Positions 45,446 through 59,440 of a stretch of 64,000 bases of DNA are shown here, piece by piece. Origin of the DNA: Marsupella aquatica (lineage: Eukaryota > Plantae > Marchantiophyta); contig OZ316892.1 in assembly GCA_973895155.1 (NCBI GenBank), positions 5,736,476 through 5,800,475 on the forward strand, read 5' to 3'. Positions within the stretch are counted from its first letter, which is position 1, and each line of letters begins with the position of its first letter. The notes under the pieces are model-generated. The model ran no database searches. It worked only from the letters and a program-made list of their open reading frames with translations, and was not told the origin of the DNA. The position numbers and the translations under genes are program-made.

Positions 45446-48400
45446 TTGACTTGAAGAAAATAATGATTATCATGGCATGGACGTCGTACAGTGTATATGT
45501 CACCGTCCATGTCATATTTTGTCCATGTCATTTATTTATTTATTTATTTTAATTTAATTTAATTTTTGTCCATGTCATATTTTGATTTGGAGTTACCCGG
45601 ACCCTTTCAGAAATCCTAATAGAACATTCCATCCAAGAGATGGTTGACTTATGTCTTTAGCTCCACAAGAGATGCACTAAAGGCTAGAAAGCGCAGTCTC
45701 AAAAAGTGCTAATTGAATGCACAAAGTGGCCGAAGCCTGTTCTAGCAAGCAAGCCATTAAACCCAACCAATAACAACAGTTTGGACTCGTGGACTGATGA
45801 TGAAGGCATAGTAAGCAGCCTAATACGTGCAGCTCTAGTTTGCTCATCAGACAACTACTCATTCAAAAGGTCTGGTCTCTGGAGGATTGTGTGGCGGGAG
45901 TGAAGGACTACCACACTTAAGATGATACTGTAGCGTATTTTTTACTGGCAAAAATTGCCTAGATTCCACCGCAATACCCATCTAGAAATAGGCCCATTAG
46001 CCAATGTTTAACATTCCCTGTCAAACCTAGGAAATTATAAAATTAAAGTCAAACAATAATCTAATAAAATTAGATGAAGATTCTTAGTAAAAGATCTTGG
46101 TACCCTGGCGAAAACGATGGCTATTTTCTGATGTCATATACTCTTACAAGACGGTGGGGCCCTGTTAGTGTCTTTCCATCCAAAACAAAGTTGATGGTCA
46201 CTTCCACACACCAAGTTAAAATACCTGAGTCATAGAGTGTCAAGTCTGGAAGTAATAAATGCTTTTCACTGAAAACAAATAGCCCGTTGCTCCACTTTTC
46301 AGACCACACATCTGCCAAAAAAGGGACCCACAAGGGTCCCATTGAAAGATGCCTACAGTAGGTTCGGTAGTGGTTTTGTTTGATTGTGCCCCCAAATTGA
46401 AAGTGAAATGTGGGCTGTTTGGACTTTGGAGGGCTTGACCCCCTCCTCTTTGTTGAAGAAATGAAATTAGTTTCAGAATTGTCGTTCTTTTGGGGAACTG
46501 GCGCACTGTCTTGGATTAACCTTTATACAGAATTTTGACAGATTATTAGGGTCTTTTTTGCTTAAACCACCACTGGCTATATAAAAGGAGGAGTGTCCAA
46601 AACTTCTCACTTTTTCCCATCCATCTCCTCTACCTTGAGACTTTGCTTCACAATTGTGGGAAAAAATACCCAAAATGGTGAAATCTGTGTAACCATATTT
46701 TTGTCTTGGCTAGTGGGGCTTTAAGCTTGCAAACTGACCTTAGAAATCTAAACTCTGTAGTATGCGATCCTACGCTGGCCACTCTCATGGTCTGTTTATG
46801 AAATGCATTCTGGTGGGAAATTTTGTTGGCCATCAGATGTATGCATATATCTAAGGGATATCCAAGGCCATGAGATCTTCCTAAAGGCCTACTATGTGTT
46901 GTTAGCCACCCTTTTAGTGATTGATACAAGTCCCTTTCTTCTTCTTCTTCTTCTTCTTCTTCTAGAGCAAGGGGCCAAGTGCCCAGTCCACTGAACCCCA
47001 GACTAATCCAAAAAGCATCAAACACAATGGCACATAGCCAAGTAATGGAGGTCACTTTTCATTACAGTCGATCCTTTTAGAGTATATATATATCTTGTTT
47101 AATATCGGAAATATCTCATATTCATAGCTTACATCCCTATTTTGAATGAACAGGCAGCTTGCAACATTCATCACTATTTGTTTTGACCCCACACTTTGTC
47201 AGTGAATTTCAGTGATGCTACAAGGTACTCAAGCCCGGGCTCAAAGTTGAGGGATCTAATCATAGATCTCTAACGAGGAAGACTAGTGCACCTCAGCAGT
47301 GGCTTGCCCCTCATAGGGCATCCATCTTCGTGTGTTACAACTCTAGATGTAGACCATTACCATATGGTAGGTGTAGACTATTAGCTCCTCGCACGATGGC
47401 AATGGTAGATATTTTCCCTGTTGTTTCGTTTCCACTTTATAGGCTTTTAGGGTATAATTCCCTTTGCTCACTTCCTTTGAGTTTGGTGTTTGTCCCCTTT
47501 GTACTTTCCTCGGAATGTTATTGGTTGTACTTTGTTGACACTTTTTGTAATACATTGCGTTCTGCTAATGACGATGAGTTGTTTGTTATAGACTAGTTAT
47601 ACCTTGTGCCAGAGCATGGGTATAGGGAGGTGATTTTTAAGTGGCAAAAACTTGCTAGATTCCACCTGAATGACACAATGCTAGGTTTCTGTTCTTCCAT
47701 TGGCCAATTCCCCACCTACTCGTAGACAGGTATGGGGGAATATGATCTCAACAGTCCCTAGCAAGGTAGTGATTCTGGTTTTCCTTTTTTTAGCAGGTTT
47801 ATGGGCTGGGTTTAACTTACGTGGATTGTTTATAAGGATAGCTTTGATGACACTTGTCAGGCTTGTTGGCCTTGTATCTTTTGCTGTCGCTCTTGCTGCT
47901 GAGGCAATGAAGTTTTTCTTCTGCTCGGTGAGTCCAACGAAAAGCAATCCAAAGAAGATTGGTCAAAAATTTAAAAAGTCAACTCATGGGCGGGCTCTTG
48001 GGTACTGTCCAACCTGTCTAAGTGCAGATTGGATAACTCTACTGAGTGGATAAGTGCAGACTGGAGAGGGTTTGTTAGATACAAGCAAACAGTAATTTTT
48101 GCCCTCCAGGAAGGCTATTGTTAGGGTGTCTCAAAGTTGACAATTTGATCGACTATAACTCCTGAGGTACGGTTAGGGACACACAAAGTTACTGCCTACT
48201 AAATTCATAGTCCATAATTTTTGCCATAAGGATTGGTTGTATGCCATTACAGTCAGTCATTCTAGATGCCAGTGAAAGAAAACACCAAAAACATGTGCAG
48301 GACCTTGTGAAATATTTATGACCATTCCTTTATGGCCAACTGTCATCATCTGTAAATTTGGAGCTTTGCGATGCCTTGTGACCAGGGGTAGTTGTAGCAG

Positions 48401-50254
48401 GCATGCAAGCAGAAAACAATTTGTGTTGCAAGCAAATTTTGGTTTCAAAAATAATCATGATTGAATTTTGTGTCATTGTTTAGTCAAACCCAATTTAGGG
48501 TCCCCAATTTTGGCTAGTGAACTTGCTTGCCCTACCATAAAAATATGATAATCAGCCAAAATTTGAAGGCATTAAGAACCACTCTGACTTTTGAGTAGAG
48601 AGCAATACTCTCCTTGCTAGCAAAAATTCCTGTTTTCTTGCATCATGCAATACCTCTGTCACTGGTGAGGGGTGACTTGCTAGGTCGCCCCTGTGGGCTC
48701 ATTATGGCACCTATTTTGGCTGAGTTGGAGTTGTAGTGTATTTCTAGGACTCCACATGGCCAGCAAGTCTCCTAACCCCAAAAGGAGTCCAAAACTGAGG
48801 TTTTCTACAAAAATGACACAAGTTTTGGCTAGGGAATTTTCCCAATGTAAAGAATGTTTTCCTTGCAACAGGAACATTTTCTTCATTGCTTACATGGTAC
48901 TGACCCCCAGGCTAGTCATGTACTCCCCTTTCCCCTTTGTTTGCAAATGCATAAAAACTTCAAGTGCATTTTGATCAACCCTCACTAAATGAACATGTGC
49001 AAGTGCATTTCTGTCTATATGTAAAGATGCATTTAGCAGTTACTGCAAAGAGTACTTACACATGCACTTATCCAGTTTACAAGGGTTTAGGGTATGAGGA
49101 CTTTAAGGTGTGGGCTTGGAGTGACTGAGAGGGTAGGACACAAATTGAGCGTGGAGGTCAGGGTTTGGGTGGAGGTGGTCAAGACCTAGTTTATGCCTTT
49201 AAGTGCATAAACTGCACATGTTGCAGTTCTTTAGTTCTGCACTTACCCATTAATGAATAAACTTCACTCCTTGTGCTTATTGGGTAGTGCAACACATATT
49301 GAATAAGTCAGGGGATAAGTTCTTCCTGGGGGCATACACTTAGACACTGCTCAAGCCATGGTACAATATATAGCGGATCTCAAATGGTCCCCCGCCCATG
49401 CCTCCATGTTCCTCCCCTTGCCTGCCTCATATACTTTCTCCTTCCTCACAAGCTCCATGACAAGTCAAGGTTTAGAGTTTGGAGGATGGAACTTCAATGT
49501 GTTGTCCCCAAAGAAATTGTGCCAATTTAAGTTCCATTTTAATTTTTTACCTTGTGAGTCAACTCAAGTGATACTCGGGGTGATACTTTGATGCATGATT
49601 TTTTTCTCGCAAGTATTGGGGATACATTCACACTCGTCTTGGGCCGAGTACCCTATTTAAACACAAACCTTGACAATGTTTGTTTGGTCTGAGGCATGGT
49701 AGCAACGTCTAAAGTGTGACTTTTAATTAGTTGCATTTCCTTTGAATTGGGGAAAACATGTGCAGGACCTTGTGAAATAGTTCTGACCATTCCTTTATGG
49801 CCAAAAGCCTCGGGGGGGTCACTTCCACAAATGTTGACATCATGTGTGAACGAAGTAAGGGGCGTTTTATTCATTTTAGGGAAGTACTTAGAAGTAGCGA
49901 GGAAGTAAGTAAGGGGGTAACAATTCAAAAAGTGCCACTTGTCATCACATGATTCATTGCTTGCCACGTGTCAATAAATGATTGATGGGTTTTTTGAGCT
50001 TCCTATTCCTTTTTGAGAGAGTGATTAAATAGGGGCGTTCGCACATGGTATACAACAATTTCATAAGGTGAACCCCCCGAGCCAAAAGCCAGTGTTGCAT
50101 TTTTTACATTTCCTTTTTGCTCTTGGTAATCGCCATATTGTAGCTTAATACAGTGCTGCGGACAGGATCTCAATGTATACACTAGATGGAAGGGTGCGGA
50201 GGTATGAAGCAAGGCCATTATGTTTGTACTAGCCCAATGCCCGTGCATTGCACA

Positions 50255-51065
50255 AAAGTTGTCGAGGTGAGAAAAAAATGTCAAGGAGAGTAAAAGATGT
50301 TGAGGATAGTAAAATATGTCAAGAAGAGAATTTAAGATGTGAAGGTCAGCAAGATGTCGAGGAGATAAAAAAATGTCAAGGATAGAAAAATGTGTCAAGG
50401 AGAATGATGAAAAGATGTCCAAGAGAGAAAAAATATCGAGAGAAAAGATGTCAAGATGAATAAAATATGTCAAGGTGAGAAAAGATGTCAAAGACAGCCA
50501 GGGTCAAGGAGAGCAAAGACGTCAAGGTGGAAAAAATAGATGAGTGAGAAAATGATGTTGAGGTAAGGAATAAATTTCAAGGAGAGAAAAGATATATGTA
50601 GATAAAGGAAATTTTGTCGATGTGAGAAAACAATATTGAGGCGAGGAGAAGATATCAAGGGGAGAAAAAGATGTCGTGGTGCATAGGACAAAGATCTCAA
50701 AATGAGAAAAAGATCCCAATGCCCGTGCATTGCACAAAAGATGTCTAGGTGTGAAACGATGTTGAGGTGAGAAATAGATGTTGGGATGAGAAAAGATGCC
50801 CAGGTGAGAAAAAATGTCAAGTTGAGAGAAAGATGTCAAGGTGTTTGAGAAAATGTGTTGATGAGAGAAAATGATGCAGAGGTCAGAAAGATGTAACCAA
50901 GGTGAGAAAAAGATATAAGTTGATAAGAGCAAAAGATGTTAAGAAGAGAAAAATATACCACAGTGATAAAATATATCAAAGTGAGAAAAAGCGGAAAGTA
51001 AGCGATGCATGATCGAAGTAAGTCATTGAGAGAAATTGTTGTTGAGAAAAAACATTGTCAAGATG
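50255..51065. repeat. Degenerate ~18-19-bp minisatellite (GATGTCAAGGAGAGAAAA)
   Basis: Dozens of units are visible; related units occur near 58490-58570. Confidence 0.9.
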
Positions 51066-51769
51066 AAATTTTTTCAAACTGGACGTGTTGCTAAAGGAAA
51101 AGTGTTGTGGTTGTGGAAGGATTTAAGTTGAATAGTAGATTTATTAGTATTGTCAATCAAAACAATTGCCAAGAAAATAATTGTTGAATCAGTGAAAATG
51201 TTTGTTGAGTAGAAGTAGTGTTGCATGGAAGTCGTTGTGACTCAAATGGTGTATTTGCAACCATGTTGTCGATATGGAAAACAACAGGTGTTAATGAAAA
51301 TATGTGAGTGGATAAGGATTTAGGGATCAAAACACATTTAAAATCATCTATTTTGGGCATACAATTCTCTCTCAACCTCCAATCTCTCCCTTTGAGTCCT
51401 CATATTGCCCCAAATCTCAAAACCCCTTAATCATATACAGGACATCCAACCCACATGACATATCAGCATTTTTATGCACTCGCAATCAAGCTTCAGTTGA
51501 TAGACCCTAGGTGTATGTCGGTTAGGACATACCTTCACAAAAGATCCAAGACATTTGCAGACACCGAGTATCCATCGAGGATGACGCTTATTGGAGTTCG
51601 AGAACAGGCCTCGATGAGCATGGCTTGCCAGAAGCCAGGCATAGAGTCAGGCACCCACAGTAGGTAAATTTGTTCTGTCCTCACCTAGGTCAGCGAGGTG
51701 AGGGTACAATGTGTGGTACTCTGCAGGTGAACTAAAGGGAGTCATAGGGCAAGAGAGTGCAAAGCAAAG

Positions 51770-52036
51770 TTTGTTTTAGTGGCAAAATTTTACCAAATTC
51801 CACCAATAAGCTTTTGCCACCTTTGGCAAAACTTCACTAATATTTTATGTCTCATTAGCCAATGTTCCACTTAATCACAAGCCCCATTAGCCAGAATTTA
51901 ACGGTCATCCTTAAATCTAGGGAGATTTGTCGGTCAGTAAATTAATCAGATAATGAATATTTTGAGTATCTTTTCCTTCACACATTGAATATTTGCCACT
52001 CTGGCAAAAAAGTAAAAACCTTACAGATTAAGTTGG
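51770..52036. repeat. MITE-like repeat, copy of 24820-25115
   Basis: Collinear similarity visible by eye. Confidence 0.75.
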
Positions 52037-53743
52037 TGCAAAAGAATGAGACCATGCCACTGGGAAGAAAATCTGACCAAGGACACAAAATTGGGTTAGG
52101 TGGGCAAGGCAAAAGTACTTTTGGGTACGATGAGCGAATGAAAATACTTTGGGTACCTTAGGTGAGGTGAGGGTACAATTCATGGTACTGTGTGCATGTG
52201 GAGGGAGGTGGAGAGCAAAGCAAGTGCAGGGCAGGAGGTGTGAGCCTATTTTGCCTCATCCAAGGGTGCTGAAAAAACTTCACATGTATTCAATAGTCAG
52301 GATATGTTCCCACCTTTTGTCATTTTTGTACGCATACGATTCAAGATTTTAGGCAGTATCACATCTTATAGTGTTTGATGCTTCTACCTCCATTAAGTAG
52401 TATCAGACTATGTTCATTGGCCAATTTTTTAAAATCTTAAAATTTTATAAATTTTTTAAAGGGGAAATCTGTCAACAACAATTGTCCCAAATCTATCAAT
52501 CTCTACTCAAGTTAACTATCACAAAATCATGCTTCTCTGGGTTATTGGCAAAATTTTTGACTACCTTTGGTTGGATGGTACATGGTTAAGAATGTTGTCT
52601 TTGATGGCCTTCAGAATGTCTTTTGAAACTTGGTAATTAATGTCACCATGTTAACGGGGGACTTTCCAATGCATAGTGTGTTAATCGGGCCAAAACCGTA
52701 GTTGTGAATTGTGTGCACTTATCAAATAAATGCAATATTATTGGATAAGTGCACTTTTTTGTATAAGAGTACAGATGCACTTATAAGGGTTTTGCACTCA
52801 AAAAGCTGTTTAAAAGAATGATTCAATGCGTATTTGAACTTAGGAAAGGTGCAAAGAGTGCAAACTCACTGTGAAGAACAGAACAGGATGCCTTGCACTC
52901 CACGAGGTTTTGGAATATGAAGTTTGCACTTAGAGAGAGGCGACTGTAGTCCAGCCAACAGTTCGAATCGAGGACACTTTAAATAAGGTTCGTCCAGAAA
53001 GCTTCATCCAGAACCCATTCAAGTGAATTGGACACTAAGCATTTGCAGCGTGAGCGAGGTTGAGTGACAGCCCCGCGAGGACCCCTGGAGGTACGTTGCC
53101 ATTGATACGTGAGCCTTCCCGTTGATACATGGGCCTGTATCGATACTATCAGCATCGCGGCTTCATGAAATCGAGGAGAGATGGAGTAGAAATCGTAGTT
53201 TGAGCGAGGATGGACAGTTTGATAATGCTGTGATAGAGGTAGCTGCACGCACAACCTCTACTCATGCCATCAATCACCTTAGAGTCTCTGAGCTTGTCCG
53301 ATGCATGTTATGTAACTAATAGTGTTTGAATGTGCTCCCGTTTGCGCGAGTGCGAGTTCCAACAATTGGCCGATATATCGCCCCCCTCCATAGAAGGATG
53401 TAGGCTCCCTGGTGCGACATGCCTGACCGATTTTGATTCACCTAGCTTCTAGCTGGCGACGTCGGACACAGCACACAATGTTGTGAACGATTGTGTCAGT
53501 AGTTTAATTTACTTGTAGCCATGGATGAAGTTTTAGCCCCGGGGTATTAGCTCACATAATCACTAACTTTGAGACGTTTAAGACCACATGCAGGTTTGGT
53601 CAAGAGCAAGCAGTCCTAAGGCTACCTTAAGGTCTTAACTGTCAGTCGGACTTACAATTTGAGTTCTGCGAATTGCAGAAATTGGTTTCGGTTGTTCGAT
53701 CAGACCTTCACACCGTGGATCAATCGATTGGCCGAGTCTGAAG

Positions 53744-56700
53744 ATGGCAGCATCGACTAGAGGTACTCGTCTCCGACATCTTATCATCACATTCGTGATC
53801 CTAGCCGACGTTGGGCAACTGTCTTTGTGCGGTTCTTTTAGCAGCAGTCTCGAGAGTCATGCTAGAGCTTTAAAGAGGGTGGGAGGAGCTACTACTACAG
53901 GGTTCAATGTGGTACCCACTGGTGCGCCCAGTACTGCTCGTTCCCTATCCGACAAAGGAAGGCGAAGATTCTCGCTTGAACCAACTATAGTCATCAACCC
54001 GATCAAGTCCAGCAAAGAAGTGGAAATTCTCATGGCTTTCAAGAGTGAAATCACGGGCGACCCACAGGGAGTGCTGAAAAGCTGGGGATCCCTGTAGATG
54101 GGCGGGGGTTGGATGCTCTCCGAACTCCAAGTTGGTCACCACACTCAATCTTAGAGGCCATGACCTGGTAGGAACGGTCTCAACCCTCCTCGGTCAGCTT
54201 CTATATCTGCAGAATCTCGACCTCTCCCAAAACTTCTTGCATGGCTCAATACCAGCCAGTGTTGGCAACTGCTCTAATCTGTTGCATCTCAACATGTCGT
54301 TCAACGATCTAAATCACGACATCCCTCCTCCAGTAGGAAATCTTGACAGACTTCAAACTCTAGACTTGTCCAACAACAATCTTACCGGAGGGATTCCAGA
54401 AACACTTGGCAACTGCTCGGCATTACAACATGTGGATTTAGGTACGAATTCGTTTGACAAAGGTATTCCTTCTCAATTCGGCGCTTTGTCGAGTTTGAAG
54501 TTTCTCAGTCTCGAGAACAGCTCAATTTCTGGCTCCATTCCACCTTCTTTGGGTAATTGCTCATCACTGACCGAGCTGTGGTTGAGCTACAATGTTGGAC
54601 TGAGGGGGGAGCTCCCATTCCAGTTGGGGAAGTTGATTCACTTGCAAGATTTTCGGATACTAAGGTGCAGTTTCGGGGGGAATTTCCCCACGTGGACACT
54701 GAATCTTACTTCAATGCAGCACCTCAACCTAGGTGAGAATCAGTTGGCTGGTCAGCTACCTCAAACCGGCTGGAGACAATTATCTAATCTTGCCTTTCTG
54801 GGATTGGAATTCAACTCGTGGGATGGATCTGAGGTTCCCCATGAGATCGGTTCATTGCCTAATTTGTATATGTTTAACATCGAAAATGGTGGTCTCGTCG
54901 GAGAGATTCCAAGATCCATTTTCAATATCACCTCCCTTCAGATTCTTATGTTGCACGAGAACCACTTGACGGGTGCTATTCCAGATGAAATAGGTTTGCT
55001 GACAAACTTGGAATGGCTATATCTTTGGAGTAACGCATTCAGCGGCGTACTTCCCTCCTCATTATCTAATTGTTCACTTTTTCAGTTCCTTATGTTGGGA
55101 GAAAACCCAGGATTTGATCCTCAACCTTTGCCCTCCTGGATAGGATCGTTCCAATATTTGAGTAGTCTGTACTTCCCTGAGATGAATTTTCAAGGAGAAA
55201 TTCCGACAGAGATTGGTCAACTGTCCCAGATAGGTGAATTTTTAGTGTTCTCTAACAATTTGTCCGGAGTCATTCCAGCTTCTCTGGGAAACTGCACTAC
55301 TATTTACAATTTGGAAATGTACGGAAATCAACTAGCCGGCCAGCTTCCCCCTGAGTTGGCACAACTGTCACTATTGCGAAGCCTCCAAATTTCAGATAAT
55401 GCTTTCTCAGCTGGCCCTTTCCCGAGGTTCATCTACAATCTAACCAGCATATACGACATAGGAGTCCAAGATAATCGATTCAATGGAAACTTGTTAGAAG
55501 GAGATTTTGGAAGCTTCCAGAATTTGGATTCTTTTGAAGTCAGTAATAACTATTTTGACGGCCCGATTCCTGGATCCTTCAGCAATTGTTCCTACCTGAC
55601 TACTTTGGATTTGCAAGGAAATACCTTGAGTGGAGAAATTCCATCCGGGCTCGCCAACTTGACCATTCTACAATCGCTTCTACTGGGAAGCAACAACTTT
55701 CATGGAAGTATTCCTGTGGACCTTTTGAGGAACTTTAATTTGATGGAATCCCTTGATTTCAGTGACAATAACTTGGATGGTATCATCCCAGTGCAGATTG
55801 GCCAACTTGTCAACTTGCAGCAATTGAATATGTCTGCAAATCATTTCATCGGGGCACTTCCGGATGCATTGCGCAATTGTACACAGCTGCTGTCAATGGA
55901 TTTGTCACGCAACAGACTGACCAGCAGTATTCCGGGAGAAGCTTTTGCAACGATGTCTTCTCTGATCGTGCTGAATTTATCCCGCAACTTAATTTCAGGT
56001 TCATGGCCATCACAACTTGGTGGGCTGAACAGAATTGTGGTGATAAATGTGTCTGCCAACAACATCTCAGGACCGATTCCTTTGGGTCTGGGGGGGTGCC
56101 TTTCGCTTGAAAGCTTGGATGTCTCTTACAATCAGTTGTCAGGAGCAATTCCTCAAGATCTTGGATTGCTGAAGTATCTTTCCACCTTCGACGCTTCTTA
56201 CAACAACTTCAGCGGGCCAATCCCTGCTTCTGGTGCTTTCCGGGCCAACCTGACGACGGCTTCATTTTTGGGAAATCCTGACTTGTGTGGAGGTGTTCTT
56301 GGGCCTCAACGACTCTGTCCAGTTGAAATAGCTCCGCCAATGGGGAAATCACATTGCAACGGTTTTGAATGTCCCCTGGTGTGGATATCTGTAGTTTGTG
56401 CTGTGGGGTTTGTTATAATTCTGCTGGGAGCCTTGTATGTCTCCACCCACCGTTATCGCAAGAAAGCAGAGAGCGGGGACCTGGGACTCGTCACATTCAC
56501 CACTAATCCTTCCATGAGGTTCTTGACGAAATTCGACATAATTGCTGCCATGGGAGCCGGGGAGGACTCTACAATCGGAAGGGGCCCCAAAAGCGTTGTG
56601 TACAAGGCTACTTTACCTGGGGGGGAGATAGTTGCCATCAAAGTTCTGAAGGATCCAGTGCCATCTACAATTGACGGAGAGAAGCTTTGCGCAAAGGAGT

Positions 56701-57892
56701 TCTTTAGCGAGGCACATACTCTTGCTCAGCTACGCCACCGCAACATCATTAAGGTTGTCGGGTTGTACTCTACACAGGATATCAAGGCCATCTTGCTGGA
56801 ATACATGCCCAACGGAAGTTTACATGCAAAGCTACATGGAAATGCCCAGTGTGACTTGACTTGGGCACAAAGATTCAGGATAATCTTGGGTGTGACCCAT
56901 GGAATGGTGTACCTGCACCATGAATTTCCAGATCCGATCATCCATAGAGATTTGAAGCCAAGCAATATACTTCTGGATGCAGGTTTGGAACCAAAAGTCT
57001 GTGACTTTGGCATTTCCAAGTTTGTGGGATACAACGATGGGAACAATGGAGAAGTCTCTGCCTCTACCATTTGTGGCACCTTTGGCTACATGCCCCCAGG
57101 TGAGTTTCTCTACTTAACTAGGTATCAGTATTTTTGTACTCTAGATATGTTTGGTTCCTGATAAAGCTAGGCTGAAACAAATCATGCATTTCACCCTTTC
57201 CACTGTTTGATCCGAATTTACTGCACTACATGAGCATTATAGGGCTTAAAGTGTTGTTGGTATTACGATGTTAGGGAGTATTTTACGTACTCTACATTAT
57301 TAGGCACGGAAATATTTAACGTGTGTTCTGCTGATTTGTACTGCATTCAAAGTAACACTATCAATCTGTTGTAGTCCAGTGGTATATCGAAATGAATAAT
57401 TAATGATTTGTCCAGTGTAACGTGTGATCTTTGACGTTGTTTCCTTCCTAACAACATCGTGGGCCGCTTGTCTATCTAGAATACGGGACAAGTACGAGAG
57501 TCAGCACCAAAGGGGATGTTTACAGCTTCGGAGTGGTTCTTCTTGAACTCTTGACTGCAAAACCAGTGACCCAGACTCAAATCATGACGAATTCGGGTCA
57601 AGATGAGGGTCTAATTGGCACAGTGCAACGCAGTTTTCAAGAGTCAAAGATAATACCTGGGATTACACCACTGGAGGTGCTTGATCCAACTCTCGGAATA
57701 GAGGGTGCAGGTGATGCTGTCATTAGGCAGCAAATGGTGCTAACTTTGCAGTTAGGCCTTTTCTGCACAAGGATGCTGCCGGAAAGCCGCCCATCCATGA
57801 CGGTTGTGCTTGAATTCTTACTTGAAATTGAGAAGATGGGTCAGGGAGCAGTTACTGAAAAAACTATGGATGAGCTTCTCAAGGAAGTATAA
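53744..57892 (+). CDS. LRR receptor-like kinase (LRR-XII/XI-like, RD kinase), exons 53744-57099 and 57480-57892, with a frameshift in the LRR N-cap at ~54084-54087
   Basis: Signal peptide. LRRNT (ILMAFKSEITGDPQGVLKSW / DPCRWAGVGC) split across two frames. More than 25 plant LRRs, GNPDLCG cap, TM segment, kinase VAIK/HRDLKPSN/DFG, intron at GYMPP|EY, STKGDVYSFG. Confidence 0.93.
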
Positions 57893-59269
57893 TGTTAATT
57901 CCATCTTCCACATCCAGACCTAGAAATTCTGACTCATTCGGATTGAGACTGAAATACATTACTAGATACTTTGTTCTCCATAGCAACGGGAGAGTTACTT
58001 GTCTAGGTTGTGTTGATTTTCTGTCCCGAGTGGTGATGGAGCTAGATGATTGAGAGTTTGAGAGGGAAGTTAAGCCGGGAAGTAAAGTGAAGCTTCCTTT
58101 TTTTTTAATTCATAGCTTGTATACACAGCATTTAGTAACATGCGAAGTTTTCTACTCCTCCAGGAAGATGACTGGACGCTGTAGTGGGGACTGAAATCCA
58201 ATGACCAATGATATTGTTCCACGTATCTTCCTAAACTAGTCACACCTTGAAAGTCATTAGTTTAGATTGATATAATTTGCCTGGATGTCTGGGAGGTACC
58301 AATTCACTAAAACTTTGCAAATACAATTGTAGGTAACTCACACTAAGCAGAATGATGAGCCGAGGCAAGGCAATAATGAGTGAATATTAATATCTTCGTG
58401 CATAATTACTCTCCTTAACGTGTAACTTTTAGGAAAACAATGCCAATGAGTGGCGTAGATCATGGCAATTAATGTCTAAAAAATTTTAGATGTTGAGGTG
58501 AGACAAAAATGTATTATGTGTAGAAAAAAACGTCAAGGCTAGACACAAAGATATCAAAGAGAGGCAAGAAAATGCAAGTAATAAAAGGAACCACCTTGTC
58601 ACAAAGTCCAAGCATAATTAGTTGTCTGTAAGGAGGGATTATTTTTGTCTCATTTTGATCATTTTTAGTATAATTTTTTAGTTAAAAAAAAACAATATTT
58701 TCTATATTTAATTTATATTCAATTTCAAGTATTAATATTTTTTTGACATGGGGTAGGATTGGGCAGGCTAAGGGCAATTGAGATTCAATGGGGTGTGGAT
58801 AGATCTGATGGTGTCAGAAAACACTTCTTTGATGAAGGATAGGATTGGTTCCCCTTTTTTCTATTTTAATTTGTAAAATGACCTTGGACTCTTTTGGGAG
58901 GATAGGGGATTATAGTAGTAGATACCAAATCTAAATGTGTGGTTTGTTTATTGGCATCCCAATTGGCATTCTAAGTGCACTCCAAACATTTATGCCTTGA
59001 ACCATGCCTTAGAGTGAATGATATCAAGAGAAGACATTGTGTCCAAACCATCCCTTAGGGGTTTTATTTTTCACAAAAATGACACATCACGTGCGATCAA
59101 GTATAAAATTATTTTATTTGTTCCAAGCTCAATCCCCATGCGTTGCACAAAAAATGTTGTTGCATTTCAGATGTCATCAAATAATTGTTGTTAAATAAAA
59201 TATGTGGTTGCTCGAAAGATGTTATATAAAATATGTCATTGCGTAAAAGATGTCAGTAGTTTACTAAAA

Positions 59270-59440
59270 GATATCATTCAGTGAAAGAAGTAAATGCATA
59301 ATAGATTACTTTGAATGTGCTAAAGAGATATCATTCAGTGAAAGAAGTAAATGCATAATAGATGACTTTGAATGTGCTAAAGAGATATCATTCAGTGAAA
59401 GAAGTAAATGCATAATAGATGACTTTGAATGTGCTAAAGA
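59270..59440. repeat. 57-bp tandem repeat x3
   Basis: GATATCATTCAGTGAAAGAAGTAAATGCATAATAGAT.ACTTTGAATGTGCTAAAGA starting at 59270, 59327 and 59384. Confidence 0.95.

Noticed and set aside
46121-46506. Possible degenerate Kelch/WD-like gene fragment
   Set aside because: Only vague motif resemblance across broken frames.
50003-50932. 110-160 aa ORFs rich in HLDIFS
   Set aside because: Translations of the 18-19-bp minisatellite.
59270-59440. 57-bp repeats as a CRISPR array
   Set aside because: Plain head-to-tail triplication with no spacers.
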